Source: an uncultured Acidobacteriota bacterium
GTDB taxonomy: Bacteria; Acidobacteriota; UBA6911; RPQK01; JAPXNP01
DNA: 64,000 nt
Assembly: GCA_963777605.1 (NCBI GenBank)
Contig: CAVZRV010000027.1
Location: 256,001 to 320,000, forward strand
Reading direction: 5' to 3'
The position numbers and the translations under genes are program-made. Below are positions 11,014-22,530 of the stretch, in pieces. How positions within the stretch are numbered: the first letter of the stretch is position 1; every line of letters begins with the position of its first letter. The notes beneath the pieces were generated by a model. The model was given only the letters and a program-made list of their open reading frames with translations, did no database searches and was not told the DNA's origin.

Positions 11014-12468
11014 TCACCACCAGACGTCGTCACCGAGTGTTGGAAATGCAAGCGGTTTCAATTGTTTAGCCCACTCCTCCCACCGCTGCATCATTTCGGT
11101 GATCGGATAGGCGTCCGCTTTGGGGCGGACCTGCGATGCGGTGGGTTCATAGGGGTACCTTCCGAGCTGATTGTGCTCCCCGATATCCACGGACAGATCG
11201 TACAGTTCCATTTCCTCGGTAGAGGGATCGGTATCGACCAGCTTGTAGTCGCCGAGCCGGACCGCTCGACTCCGGTCGGCGTACTTCCGCCAGAACAGTT
11301 GGGAGTGAGGCCGTCCAGGATCCGCACCGTTCAGATACGGAATCAGATCCACCCCATCCAGGGGGCGTTCTTCGTCGAGCGGCGCGCCGGCAAGAGATGC
11401 AATCGTAGCCATGATGTCCAGGGAAATGACGGGACGATGATAGTCCACTCCGGAAGGAAGGGACCCGATCCATTGGGCAACGAATGGCACGTGAATACCG
11501 CCCTCATAGAGCGATCCCTTGTGGGCCCGCAAAGGTGTATTGACAGATCCGTTGTTGGTAGCCCCCCCGTTATCCGAAAGGTAGAAGATCAGAGTGTCCT
11601 CCTCAAGCCCGTGCTCCCGGACTTTGGCAAGCAGCCTCCCGACCCCGTCATCGACAGCCGCCAGCATCGCAGCATAAGTCTTCCGCTTGCCGCTCAAATT
11701 CGGAAACCGGTCCAGGTAGCGCGGGGGCGCCTGCATCGGTGTATGGGGTGCGTTATAGGCCAGATAGAGGAAAAACGGGTTCTTGTCGGAATGATGACGC
11801 TCAACGAACGACACCGCTTCATTGCTCAATTCATCAGTCAGGTACTCGTCGGTCTCGACGGGAGTCCGGTTGTGGAGAATCTTAGTCCGATACCAACCCC
11901 ACTGTTCAGTGACCTCGCTCAAGTCGTTCAGGGTCAGATCTTCCGGGAAGTAGTCGTGACCTCCCGACAGGAAGCCGTAGAACTCGTCGAAACCCCGATT
12001 GAGGGGATGGAACCGGGGGTGGGTACCCAGGTGCCACTTGCCGATGGCCATGCTGGTGTATCCAACGCGGTGGAGCACATCTGCAATCGTCTTCTCCTCC
12101 AGCGGTAAGCCGGCCCGTTCCTCCTTCGGATCGATCGTCGGGTTGGTCGTGAAACCAAAGCGGTCCTGATAGCGCCCGGTCATGAGACCCGCCCGACTGG
12201 GAGCACATACCGCGAACGACACATACCCATTCGTAAACCGAATCCCGTTGGTGGCAATCGAGTCGAGGTGAGGCGTCAGAATATCGGGGCTCCCGTTGAA
12301 CCCAACGTCGGCGTACCCCTGGTCGTCGGTCAAGATGATAATCAGGTTGGGACCCTTGGCGCAGACGGCGGTCGTCAGGACACCAAGCGCCAGACTCACG
12401 CGGAGGAGCGTCCGTATGTTCTTCACCGCACCATTCTCGCCAAATCGTTCCCGGGGCGCCACAGGCAA
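11014..12468 (-). CDS. Formylglycine-dependent sulfatase
   Basis: PNLIIILTDDQGY, CAPSRAGLMTGR (CxPxR), GKWHLG and SDNGG. Confidence 0.93.
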   Translation of the reverse strand: MPVAPRERFGENGAVKNIRTLLRVSLALGVLTTAVCAKGPNLIIILTDDQGYADVGFNGSPDILTPHLDSIATNGIRFTNGYVSFAVCAPSRAGLMTGRYQDRFGFTTNPTIDPKEERAGLPLEEKTIADVLHRVGYTSMAIGKWHLGTHPRFHPLNRGFDEFYGFLSGGHDYFPEDLTLNDLSEVTEQWGWYRTKILHNRTPVETDEYLTDELSNEAVSFVERHHSDKNPFFLYLAYNAPHTPMQAPPRYLDRFPNLSGKRKTYAAMLAAVDDGVGRLLAKVREHGLEEDTLIFYLSDNGGATNNGSVNTPLRAHKGSLYEGGIHVPFVAQWIGSLPSGVDYHRPVISLDIMATIASLAGAPLDEERPLDGVDLIPYLNGADPGRPHSQLFWRKYADRSRAVRLGDYKLVDTDPSTEEMELYDLSVDIGEHNQLGRYPYEPTASQVRPKADAYPITEMMQRWEEWAKQLKPLAFPTLGDDVWW

Positions 12469-12639
12469 TTGTCACCTCCCCGGAAAGGGACACTCACCGA
12501 GAGCTCCTCTCGGGTTCGAGAACTCCTAGCCGGTTGAACCAGGAATTCTTCAAGGGGAGTCCGTCAGGCTTCGATTTTTGGGGGAACCTCACTGTTTCCA
12601 GGGCTCCCCGTCTATTTGGACGGGAGTATACTTTGCGTC

Positions 12640-13497
12640 ATGCGAACCGCAATTAGCCTCGGACTGAGTTTGCTCGCTACGACGATTTGCTGTGCTGCCC
12701 AACCCCTGGTGATTCCACTCTATGACGGACCTCCCCCGGGGACGGAATCGTGGAATTGGCCGGAGGTCGTACAGCCATCTACTGATGGGATTCGCCGCAT
12801 CGCCAATGTGACAAAGCCCAGCCTGACGGTGTATCGACCGGAGAAGGGGAAGGCGAACGGCACCGGCCTGGTCGTGGCGCCAGGAGGTGGATTCCGGATT
12901 CTGGCAATCAACCACGAGGGCGAAGACGTCGCGGCGTGGCTGACCGCACGCGGAGTAACCGTGTTCCTTCTCAAGTACCGCCTGATGCGGACCGGAGACG
13001 CGGCCGCTGGCGAGCGGGCGGAGATGGCTCAACGCCGGGCCGAGGTGATACCGCTGGCCGTGGCCGACGGACTCCAGGCAGTAAGAGTAGCGCGGCAACA
13101 AGCACCACGATTCGGTGTCAATCCTGAACGCATCGGCATCCTGGGTTTCTCGGCAGGAGGCTGGGTGACGGTAGGCGTGGCGATCGAAGGGCGAGGAGAC
13201 AGCCGGCCCGATTTTGCCGCGCCCATCTACGCGGCGATGCCCGACGACGTCACGGCGCCACCAAACCCGATGCCGCTGTTCCTGGTGCATGCCGACGACG
13301 ACGACACGGTGAACCCGCGGCGGACGAGCATTCGCCTGTACGAATCGTGGAAGAAAGCAGGCGCTCCGGTGGAAATGCATATCTATTCCCGAGGAGCCCA
13401 CGGCTTCGGAATGCGAAAGCAGGGCCTGCCTGTGGACAGCTGGATTGAACGTCTTTGGGACTGGATGAAAGCTGAAGAGCTGGTGCCCGAGCGATAG
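12640..13497 (+). CDS. Secreted alpha/beta hydrolase (esterase-like)
   Basis: PGGGF, GFSAGG nucleophile elbow, DDDTV and GAHGFG. Confidence 0.88.
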   Translation: MRTAISLGLSLLATTICCAAQPLVIPLYDGPPPGTESWNWPEVVQPSTDGIRRIANVTKPSLTVYRPEKGKANGTGLVVAPGGGFRILAINHEGEDVAAWLTARGVTVFLLKYRLMRTGDAAAGERAEMAQRRAEVIPLAVADGLQAVRVARQQAPRFGVNPERIGILGFSAGGWVTVGVAIEGRGDSRPDFAAPIYAAMPDDVTAPPNPMPLFLVHADDDDTVNPRRTSIRLYESWKKAGAPVEMHIYSRGAHGFGMRKQGLPVDSWIERLWDWMKAEELVPER

Positions 13498-13574
13498 CGA
13501 GGCGCCCCGCCGTTGCCCTCCGCTGGGGGCCCGACTCTCCGGCGTGATTGGTTTCGTCCGCCGGGTTCTGCTAG

Positions 13575-14570
<996 letters not shown>

Positions 14571-14990
14571 AAATCGCTCTCGGGTTGCTGGTTGGGCAGA
14601 GGGGGTGCCGAATTCGCTTATGGACCCGACTCCGGTTCGTCTCGCCCTCCCCAACCCGGCAGCGGGCGCACGACGCCCCCGGGCAAAGCCGGCGGCGGCG
14701 GCCAAACCCCAATCCCCACTTACTAATAACGAACGTGTCGGGAAAAGTGCGAAGAGATCCCGGGAAATAGTGAGAAAGGTGTCGTTTGAAAGGGCGAAAT
14801 CGGAAGGAAAGGCACCGTTTGGAGGGAGCGCAAGCGAGAGGGCCCCAGGGGAGAAGGGGCGCAGAGGCGATCCTGGGAGAGCCGGTTTCCCCTCCGAGGT
14901 TCGGCAACGCACCCTGCGAGTTTCGGGTTATTGTTGCACGAGTCTGCTTATGACGCGATATTCACGGGCAACTGCTAGAATCTCCGGAGA

Positions 14991-15176
14991 ATGGCTTCAG
15001 AGGACAAAGGGCAGGCAGTGGTTCCGTCAGAGATACTGTCTTTGCGCTCGGCCCACGGGGTGGATCGGACGTTGATTCAGTGGATGCTTTCACTCTCCCC
15101 AGCGGAGCGGCTTGCAATCCTGCAACAGGCGGTCGATTCGTTGAACAGGCTGAAAGATGGTCAGTCCCAAGCTTGA
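14991..15176 (+). CDS. Small helical protein, putative antitoxin
   Basis: 61 aa with GVDRTLIQWMLSLSPAERL; overlaps the downstream nucleotidyltransferase by 20 nt; extended -10 TGCTAGAAT at 14973-14981. Confidence 0.65.
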   Translation: MASEDKGQAVVPSEILSLRSAHGVDRTLIQWMLSLSPAERLAILQQAVDSLNRLKDGQSQA

Positions 15177-15645
15177 TTTCCGCGAGCTTTTGCGCGTTCT
15201 CGTTCGGTTCGATGTTGAGTTCATCGTGGTTGGAGGTGTGGGCGCCGTGCTTCGCGGAGCCCCTGTTGCCACCTTTGATCTTGACATTGTGCACAGTCGA
15301 ACCTCGGAGAACGTGACTCGACTGAAGGCTGCACTGGCTTTTCTCAATGCTCACTATCGGGGGCAGGGGGATCGACACCTGCAGCCGCAGGACTCCCACC
15401 TCCTCTCGGAGGGGCATCAACTCTTGATGACTGATCTGGGACCTCTTGACGTCCTGGGCAGCGTCGGTAGAAAGCGGGATTACGATTCCTTGTTGCCGTA
15501 TGCAGGAGAAATGGAGGTTGGCGACGTCAAGTTTCGAGTTTTGAGTCTGCCGGCACTGATCGAGGTCAAGGAAGAGGTTGACCAGCCGAAAGACCGAGCG
15601 GTTCTGGAGACATTACGGGCAACGCTTGAGGAGATCGGGGAGTGA
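15157..15645 (+). CDS. Minimal nucleotidyltransferase (AbiEii/DUF6036-like), putative toxin
   Basis: FIVVGGVG...ATFDLDIV (GG + DxD), LDVL, and C-terminal LIEVK...PKD. Confidence 0.8.
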   Translation: MVSPKLDFRELLRVLVRFDVEFIVVGGVGAVLRGAPVATFDLDIVHSRTSENVTRLKAALAFLNAHYRGQGDRHLQPQDSHLLSEGHQLLMTDLGPLDVLGSVGRKRDYDSLLPYAGEMEVGDVKFRVLSLPALIEVKEEVDQPKDRAVLETLRATLEEIGE

Positions 15646-15652
15646 CGCCTGC

Positions 15653-18393
15653 ATGGAGCGAACGATTGATCAGACGAGTTTTGGCGTCCGTTCCGGGGTT
15701 GCGCGTTCCGCAAACTGGGCAACCCTGATTATTCACGTTTCTCCGATCGCCGGCCAAGGGCAATGCGGCAGAATCGAAGGACTACCAGCAATACCAGGGG
15801 ATCCATCTGAAGCAATTGCGGGTTCCCATCGGGGGCATCGGAACCGGCGACATCCTGATGGGTGGGCGCGGAGATATTCAGCACATCGAGGTGTTCAACC
15901 GGCCGGACCGGGTTCGAAGGCCCATCAAGTCTTTCTTTTCGATCTGGGCCCGGGAAGGAACCTCAACTCCGGTCGCCAAAGTGCTGGAGCGGGAACTGAT
16001 ACCTCCCTTCACCCAAACCACCCACGCCTACGCCTGGGGACTCCCGCGATTCAGGAACGTGACGTTCGCCAATCATTTTCCCATTCCCTCATGGACCTTT
16101 CAGGATGAGGACCTTCGTGACCTGGACATTCAGCTGGAGGCATTCAATCCGTATATCCCGCTGGATCTGGATTCAAGCTCTTACCCGATTGCCGCTTTTT
16201 ACTGGGAGATTGAGAGTCGCTCCGATAAGCCGATTTCCCTGTCAATCGCTCTGAACCTGGAGAATCCAATCAAAGCCGAGCAGATTGTCACTGAGAGCTA
16301 CGAAAATGGTTCGGTCAAAGGCTTGCGATTCGCCGCTCTCGGAGGCATGAAAACAGACTATGACGGCGGAATGATCATCGCGACGACAGCCGCGAAGGCG
16401 ACGGTTCAAACCCACTGGTATCCAGGTCGGTGGCGGGACGACTCCCAGATCTTCTGGGACGACTTCAGTGATGACGGTAACATCCCCGAGGTTTCCGAAC
16501 GGTGGCTGACGACCTACAAGCCGATGGAATATGACCAGGTCTCGGGTCGAAACTGCTCGATCCTGGTCTCGCTGCAGCTGGAACCGGGGGAGAAAGCCAG
16601 AATTCCCTTCTACATCAGCTGGTACTTCCCCAAGCGGGTATTCACGACAGGCGAGACCTTTGGAATCCGGGAGGCGGCCGGCAGGACATTCGAAAACTAC
16701 TACGCCAACAACTTCTCGAGCGAGCAGGATGTCCTGGCTAACTTCCTGAGCCACGAAGATGGGCTGTTCGAGAAGACCCTGAAGTTCACCGACATCCTGC
16801 AGTCCTCGTCAGTACCCGGGTTCGTCAAGGAATCCCTGACGACTCAGGCGGCCACACTCAAGTCGCCGCTCATCCAGGTCACGCGGGACGGCGACGCACA
16901 CGGCTTTGAAGGAGTCGGCAATTCAGGCTGGTGCTGCCCTGGGACCTGTACCCACGTCTGGAACTACGAGCAAACCCTGGCTTCCCTCTTCCCTTCCCTG
17001 GAGCGAAGCATGCGCGAAGTCGAGTTTCGACACGACACCTTCGACAACGGTTTCCAGGCCCACCGGGCGGTGTTTCCACTGGGGGATTACTGGTTCGACG
17101 AACCCCCGGCCGCCGACGGTCAGATGGGAAGCATCGTCCGGGCCTTTCGCGAGTGGAAATTTTCGGGAGACACGGACTGGCTCCGCTCCATCTGGCCCAA
17201 GGTGAAGAAGGCAATCCAGTTCGCCTGGCATGGGCCGGGCCGGGTGGCGGATGAGCGGTTTCGATACCAGGAGCGGCAGAAGGCCTGGGATCCCGATCGA
17301 ACCGGCCTGCTGACCGGACGGCAGAACAACACTTACGACATCAGCTTCTTCGGGCCCAACTCGATGACCGGTTCGCTCTATCTGGCGGCTTTGAAAGCCT
17401 GCAGCGAAATGGCCAGTGCGATGGGTGAACCAGACTCCGCCAGGGAGTTTGATGTCGTCTATCAGCAAGGGGTGAAGGCCTTTGAAGAGCGGCTCTGGAA
17501 CGGTGACTACTTCATTCAGATCATCACCAGAGATCCTGACGCCGGCAGGGAAGACGACTACGAACTGGCTCCACCGCGCCGCCGATGGTTCAGCTATTCC
17601 CAAATACCAGTACGGCGACGGCTGCCTGGCCGACCAGTTGCTGGGGCAGTACCTTGCCTTTGTCTCCGGGCTCGGGTACCTCCTGGATCGATCCAAGGTG
17701 GACCACGCCATTGGAGAGATCTACCGGAACAACTTCATCACTGAGATGCGCACCCTTCCGAACGTTCAGCGGGTCTATGCCCTCAACGACGAGGCGGGGC
17801 TGGTTCTCTGTTCATGGCCCAGAGGAGACCGTCCCCTGCTCCCATTCGTCTATTCGGATGAAGTGTGGTCCGGGGTGGAATACCAGGTTGCCGCCTCCCT
17901 GATCTATTCCGGCCACGTCGACGAGGGCCTCGCGGTGGTGAAGGCGGTCCAGGATCGCTATGACGGCTACCGGCGCAACCCGTTCGAACAGGAAGAGTCG
18001 GGCGTCCATTACGCCAGGGCCATGTCGAGCTGGGCTGTCCTTCTCGCTCTGTCCGGGTTCCAATACGACGGTGTGAACCGGTTCATGAGCTTTGAGCCGA
18101 AATTGAACCGGGATAATTTCTTCGCCTTCTGGTCAACCGGGACGGCCTGGGGAAGCGTCGAGCTTGGGGAACGCGAAGCTCGCCTGAAGGTCGACTTCGG
18201 CAGGCTGGAGTTGACCCGACTGTCCGTCGGTCAACCGGTCAATCTTCCACCGAGCCGAAGCGGGGTCACCGCATCCGGAAACGAACTCACATTCGATCCG
18301 CCCCTTGTCCTCGGCGAGGGTGAAAGCCTGAGCCTGACCTCTCAAGGGAATTCGAATGACATCGGAGAGATCCTTTTCGGCAAACGACCTTGA
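15653..18393 (+). CDS. GH116 glycoside hydrolase, frameshifts at ~15740 and ~17580
   Basis: VPIGGIGTG, CCPGTCTHVWNY, AADGQMG and NTYDI; then KYQYGDGCLADQLLGQ, EVWSGVEY and HYARAMSSW in the next frame. The N-terminal signal segment lies in a different frame. Confidence 0.88.
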
Positions 18394-18559
18394 AATGGAC
18401 TTTTCAGGCAGGTCTGGACTTGGTTCGAGCGGCAGCCTCTTCAAGGAAGACCGGACGAACTTACCAGGGTCCGGCAACCGGACTCCCCGAGCCGATACGA
18501 GAAGGTCGAGTCAAGAATCCGATCAGAGACTTGGCTCGATTCAAAGCTCTTCGCCCGCG

Positions 18560-19687
18560 GCCCGGTTATTGACCTTGCCACCAGCGGCCGGCCTCTTTCG
18601 TCGATCGCTTGCCTGCCGTGATTTGAACATTCGTTCGGCCTCTCACCTCGGAAAACCACCTCGGATCGCTCACTCGATCCCTGACGCTCCCGGCTCAAAG
18701 GCAATCAGGTAGGAGTGCTCGAGGGTGGCTCGAAGGCGATCGATCTTGCCCGGCAATCGTCCTTGGCGGAAAACTCGGCGCCACCCGTACTGCGGACGAG
18801 ATCCTTGCGGGCGGACCGATCGGAGCCGAGGTCGAGAAGATTCCCCAGCTTGTCGCTGAAACCGACGCCGAAAAAACTCGCCTCGGCATCCTCCAGATGG
18901 TCGAGCGTCCCCTCTCCAAGATTTGAGAAACCCGGTCGAAATGACCAGCACAGCCCGAGTTTCAAGCGGAAGCCTTTCGCAGTCGCAGCAGCGCCTCATC
19001 GACGGCCAGACCGGTCACGCTTTTGCTCGAGGAGAAATCAATACCCAGCGCGGCCGCCGGGCCTTCACTGCCCGGGGGAACGATCGTCCGCCCGACGGCA
19101 CCGGTCCGTCCCGGCCGATCTCCGATGGTGATGTTTTCGATTGCCCGAAGGAGCTTGATGCGATCCGAGGTCAGCGGGGACAGAAAATCCACGTCTTTGT
19201 CGGTGCCGTAGAAACGCTTCATGACCTCGCTATTCGAGTCCTGGGTGATATCGGAATAGATCCCGATCAAGATCTCGTCCTCACGGTCGAGTGCGTGGAT
19301 CAGATTGAAGATCATGTCTTTGCCGGTTTCCACGTTGGCCCGGGACATTCCCGATCCCACATCGAGCAGCACAGCCAGGCTCATGGGCCGGTCCTTCAAC
19401 TCGTTGAAGTAGACGATCGGCCGCGATTTTTCATTCTCGGTAACTGAGAAATCGTCCTTGGGCAACCCGGTCACCGGGGCTCCCTGCTGGTCGGTGACCC
19501 GAACTTCGTAGAGGGCGGCCTTCACATCGACCTGAAACCGCGCTTGGCCCTGACTGTCGTCCTGGGCGCCCGGGGCCTGCATTCCCTCGGCCCACACACC
19601 CATCCCGACAAGAATCGAGAGGGCAAGGACCCCAATGGGCACCCCGCGGAGGGCAACCCGGAATCTGGGGGAATTGAGTTCAACCAT
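18560..19687 (-). CDS. Acidobacteria-type VWA domain protein, several frameshifts near the 3' end (end approximate)
   Basis: VRVTDQQGAPVTGLPKDDFSVTEN and LLDVGSGM (MIDAS-like); RAVLVISTG, TGGAEF and LEHSYLIAFEP are spread over three frames. Confidence 0.75.
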
Positions 19688-19929
19688 AAACAACCATCTT
19701 TTGAAAACTGACTCAGAGAGCCAGACGCAAGAGGATCGCAAAACGGCAGCAAGACTGCAAACCCTCGGAATAATCATCATTACTATTCATATCCCAGGTC
19801 CGTGCCCGGTTCCAGTCAAGCGGCCCATCCCCTCCTTGGCCAGCCCCAAAGAACGGTTTCCGGTCGGTCCGGCCCCCGCGCTCCCCGCGGATCATTCAGA
19901 GAGTGAAGTTGCCACGGCATGGGTTGAAC

Positions 19930-19997
19930 CGCCAAGACGCGAAGATCTTCCTTTGTTTTCAACACCAACGACCCTTGGCGGCCTTCGCGACTTGGCG
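19930..19997. repeat. Inverted repeat CGCCAAGACGCGAAG / CTTCGCGACTTGGCG
   Basis: Arms 19930-19944 and 19983-19997 are 14/15 complementary. Confidence 0.7.
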
Positions 19998-20029
19998 TTG
20001 CAATTCGAAATCTCCAAATGAAGTTTCAA

Positions 20030-20124
20030 GTCACCCCGGCCCCCGGCGGCGCCGGACCATTCGCAGAGTGAAACTGGGTCCGTGAACCCGGGGGCGCGGC
20101 TTCGCCTTACCCCCGGCTCTGTGT
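20030..20124 (-). repeat. ~95-bp GC-rich palindromic element, copy 1
   Basis: Its reverse complement aligns with 21773-21817 and 21915-22008. Confidence 0.8.
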
Positions 20125-20203
20125 CCGTGCCATTCCACGTTTCAAATGGACCCAGGGTCCAGGCTTCAGGTGAAGTTTCAGGTCATCTGAATCCGGTCGA
20201 GGC

Positions 20204-21490
20204 TCACTGATCCCCTGGAGTCCCGGAGGGGAGGCTGGCGAACGGTTCTCCGTTTACGGTTTCCAGCGCAGTGACGCCGAGATCCGTGTCACTGTAAATC
20301 AGCAGCCTGCCTTCGAGATCGCTGCCGGATGGAAGATCGAAGAGTTCCGTGACGAAGCGCGCCGTCTGATTATGGGCAGTCAGGCTTAACGGATCGGCGG
20401 CCAGTTCGCCGCCGGCATCGGGTTTGAGGAGCAGCCTGATGTGCGCGTCTGCGTCAGTAGGATTGACGATTGCAAAAGCGGTGTTGAGTCCGTTCTGGAA
20501 GGAATTGACCCGAAGTACATGGCGGGTGTCCAGTTCACTGCTCGAGATCCCCGCTTCCGTATTCAAACGGGCCCCACTCACGGCCTCCGGGGCGGCCCCG
20601 CCGGCAGCCGGAGTGTTGGCCGAGAAGATAACCGCAGACCGAAACGTCAGATCGCTCAGGCTCGTCAACAACATCCAGCCCACCGAGGTGTTTCCCCCGA
20701 CACTTGAGATCAGAGACTGGAGACTGCCCCGGCCGGAGACTGTGAACACCTTTTCGCTGACCACCTCGCCGTCAACCTGCACTTGCAGCGGGCTCCCGTC
20801 CTGGCCGAAGAAACTCACCTGAACCTGGTTCGTCTCCCCGTTCGGGTTGTTCAGCACGAGACGGGTCACCAGTTCGAGTTCCGACAGGGCGGCGACCCCG
20901 AAATGCGGGATTACCTGACTTCGGATCAACAAGAGCTTGTTCAAAGTCACCTGCGCACCAGGAAATGTGATTCCGGCTGAAACGTTGTGGGCGCCTGCGT
21001 CCAGGGAGAAGACCCCGGGAAGGAAATTCATCGTGTAGAGTCCGGCGGGGATCTCGGGCAACGGGGAGCCTGTAGCTGTGACATTCAACCTCCCCGAGTT
21101 CACACTGAACTGAGCGGCGCGGGGCAGGTTGAAGTGCCCCTGTGTGGCACTGCTCCAGAAAAGTGGAGCACCCTTTTGGGCACTTTCGGTGTAGAGCCCG
21201 GCGATGCCCAGAAAGGACTTGATCCCTCCGTCCGTAAAGCTGTTGAACATCTCGGACGGGAATTGGATCGTCGCACTCGTCGGCGCCGGAATCGCGGCGT
21301 CCGACCTCATCGTCACCGTCAACTGCCTGCCGTCTACGGCGAACTGGGCACTGATGACGTCCTTGATTTCGGAGGCCGGCACCACCTGATTGTCAGAAAA
21401 TGACGCGATGGAGTCGGCGCTAGTGCATGACGAAAACGGGACCGCGGCCGCCAGAGCGAAAACGACCCAGGTGAGGCGACATGCCTTCAT
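20204..21490 (-). CDS. Secreted hypothetical protein with C-terminal PHFG..NP / AIxNP module
   Basis: SD AAGGAGG, signal peptide MKACRLTWVVFALAAA; module shared with the proteins at 22505-24343 and 32945-36057. Confidence 0.8.
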   Translation of the reverse strand: MKACRLTWVVFALAAAVPFSSCTSADSIASFSDNQVVPASEIKDVISAQFAVDGRQLTVTMRSDAAIPAPTSATIQFPSEMFNSFTDGGIKSFLGIAGLYTESAQKGAPLFWSSATQGHFNLPRAAQFSVNSGRLNVTATGSPLPEIPAGLYTMNFLPGVFSLDAGAHNVSAGITFPGAQVTLNKLLLIRSQVIPHFGVAALSELELVTRLVLNNPNGETNQVQVSFFGQDGSPLQVQVDGEVVSEKVFTVSGRGSLQSLISSVGGNTSVGWMLLTSLSDLTFRSAVIFSANTPAAGGAAPEAVSGARLNTEAGISSSELDTRHVLRVNSFQNGLNTAFAIVNPTDADAHIRLLLKPDAGGELAADPLSLTAHNQTARFVTELFDLPSGSDLEGRLLIYSDTDLGVTALETVNGEPFASLPSGTPGDQ

Positions 21491-21772
21491 GATTTCCTCC
21501 TTAGGAGTTGGTGACATTTGATGCTCGGCAGGCACTATCAGAGAACGCGATCAAATGCCGCATTATCGATTTTGATAAAAGCCTAAGTGAAGGTGACAGA
21601 AATGGCAACCGTGAATTTGGTGCAAGTTTCCGATTCAGAGCGATCGAGGAAAGCCCGGGTTCTGAGTTCTGCACTGAAACTCCATCTGGATGCACTCGAG
21701 GACCTGGATGAACTGGTTTTGGAAAATCGGTTCGATGCTGGGAAAGGGGTGAGTTCGCAAGGATGGCGCAGC

Positions 21773-21817
21773 ACACAGAGCCGGGGGAAAGGCAAAGCCG
21801 CGCCCCCGGGTTCACGG
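21773..21817 (+). repeat. Palindromic element, partial copy 2
   Basis: ACACAGAGCCGGGGGAAAGGCAAAGCCGCGCCCCCGGGTTCACGG is nearly identical to the reverse complement of 20080-20124. Confidence 0.8.
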
Positions 21818-21914
21818 CCCGGCGCCGGCCCGGCTGTTCGGCAGAGAGCCGTGGACGCAGGCCCGGTGAGGGCCTGCCTCTGTGTGCTCGACGGCCGTGA
21901 AATCGGCGCCCGAA

Positions 21915-22008
21915 TACAGAGCCTGGGGAAGGCGAAGCCGCGCTCGCCGGGCACTTCGGGCCGGTTTCACCGTCTGAATGATCCGGCGCCGCCGGGGGCG
22001 GGGCTGAC
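21915..22008 (+). repeat. Palindromic element, diverged copy 3
   Basis: ACAGAGCCTGGGGAAGGCGAAGCCGCG...GTTTCAC...TCCGGCGCCGCCGGGGGC matches both halves of copy 1. Confidence 0.75.
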
Positions 22009-22014
22009 CTGTCA

Positions 22015-22530
22015 CTAGCGTTCGACTCGCCGCAGGATCAGCGGTTCCTGGGGCCGCCCACGGCCGCCGCCAAAGCCGGGACCGAAGGAGGGGTCGGTGC
22101 CGTCGGGTGGAGGGCCGACCGCGGGACGCGGGCCCGCCGGTTCACGGCTCGGAATCGCGCCGGGCAGCCTGAACGGTGGCGTCTCCCGGTTCAACTCGAT
22201 GCGATCGCCGAACACCCTTCCCGTGTACGTCGTCCTTCCCGCGCGGAAGGAAACCCGGTCGCCGAGGTCAGACCGGGCGATTTTGCCTCCACCGTAATCA
22301 TTCCGGCCGTTTTCGAAACCGAAGTCCTTCGCGGGATCGTCGGCATTGCCCAAGTGGAATCGCCATCCGAAGTCGAGGAGCAGTCGCTCCCGCAAGCGCG
22401 AGTTTTCGCCATTCGATTCTCCCTGCGGCCCGGGCTCGGCTGCGGCCTCAGCCCCTGCAGCCATACCCGGCAAACCCATCCGGGCGGCAACTGGAAGAAC
22501 CACGCTACTCTTCAGCACATCCCGACGTAA
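22015..22530 (-). pseudogene. Internally deleted Tat-exported GH2 beta-galactosidase remnant
   Basis: Tat-like RRDVLKS and GH2 N-terminal LRERLLLDFGWRFHLG are joined directly to a Pro/Gly-rich tail; no catalytic domain and no own start codon. Confidence 0.65.

Noticed and set aside
14740-14930. Group II intron or RNase P RNA
   Set aside because: GTGCG and GAGAGCCG occur, but there is no domain V hairpin and no GAGGAAAGTCC core.
21602-21760. Short ORF MATVNLVQ...ALKLHLDALEDLDELVLE, antitoxin-like
   Set aside because: It runs into the repeat cluster, has no partner toxin and cannot be assigned.
20030-22008. CRISPR array or composite transposon
   Set aside because: No regularly spaced direct repeats, no cas gene or transposase, and no target-site duplication seen.
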